From an uncultured Bacilli bacterium (GTDB taxonomy: Bacteria > Bacillota_I > Bacilli_A > RF39 > UBA660), in NCBI GenBank assembly GCA_948629335.1, contig CAPHZB010000001.1, positions 1 to 59,027 on the forward strand: a DNA stretch of 59,027 bases, written 5' to 3'. The position numbers were made by a program, and so were the translations under genes. This document shows, piece after piece, positions 58,973 through 59,027 of this stretch. Under the pieces are notes generated by a model, which was given only the letters and a program-made list of their open reading frames with translations, had not been told where the DNA came from and did no database searches. The stretch's first letter is position 1. The number at the start of each line of letters is the position of its first letter.

Positions 58973-59027
58973 TTTGGCCTTTCGCTATTTAGTGTGGGTA
59001 AGTGTCAAATAAAACTGGGTAAATCGA
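58973..59027. repeat. Right copy of the exact 55-bp terminal inverted repeat
   Basis: Reverse complement of 1..55. Confidence 0.9.

Overview
Low-GC Firmicutes chromosomal segment; GC was judged by eye, not computed. The host is probably a spore-forming Erysipelotrichia/Bacilli-like organism, given Bacillus-type dnaB-dnaI, gerE, a GerM-like gene, spoIIIAH and a YjcZ-like peptide. Core content: rimP-nusA-ylxR-infB-rbfA, a DD-carboxypeptidase, def, comEB, FtsW/RodA, dnaB-dnaI followed by an unknown 801-aa ORF, a Thr T-box leader and thrS, tRNA-Ala, tRNA-Arg and sporulation genes. Accessory content: (1) A NitT/TauT-type ABC transporter operon on the minus strand (SBP-ATPase-permease) is broken twice. 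A ~14.06-kb element (2913..16975) sits inside the ATPase gene at the LSGG signature, with readable att sites. It carries a large serine recombinase, a Bro-N/DinD-like gene, decayed relaxase relics, an XRE-headed Type III R-M operon and a Gabija-like OLD-nuclease/UvrD-helicase pair. A second large serine recombinase (543..1928) abuts the 3'-truncated permease gene. (2) A ~4.5-kb decaying islet lies between tRNA-Ala and tRNA-Arg. It has att-like repeats, several pseudogenes and a two-gene module of unknown function behind a perfect 15-bp-arm palindrome. (3) There are several large uncharacterised ORFs (277 aa plus ~807 aa, and 801 aa) and candidate small hydrophobic peptides. The two window ends are an exact 55-bp inverted repeat. 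I saw no CRISPR array, rRNA or phage structural genes. All functional calls come from motif recognition by eye; no database or HMM search was run.
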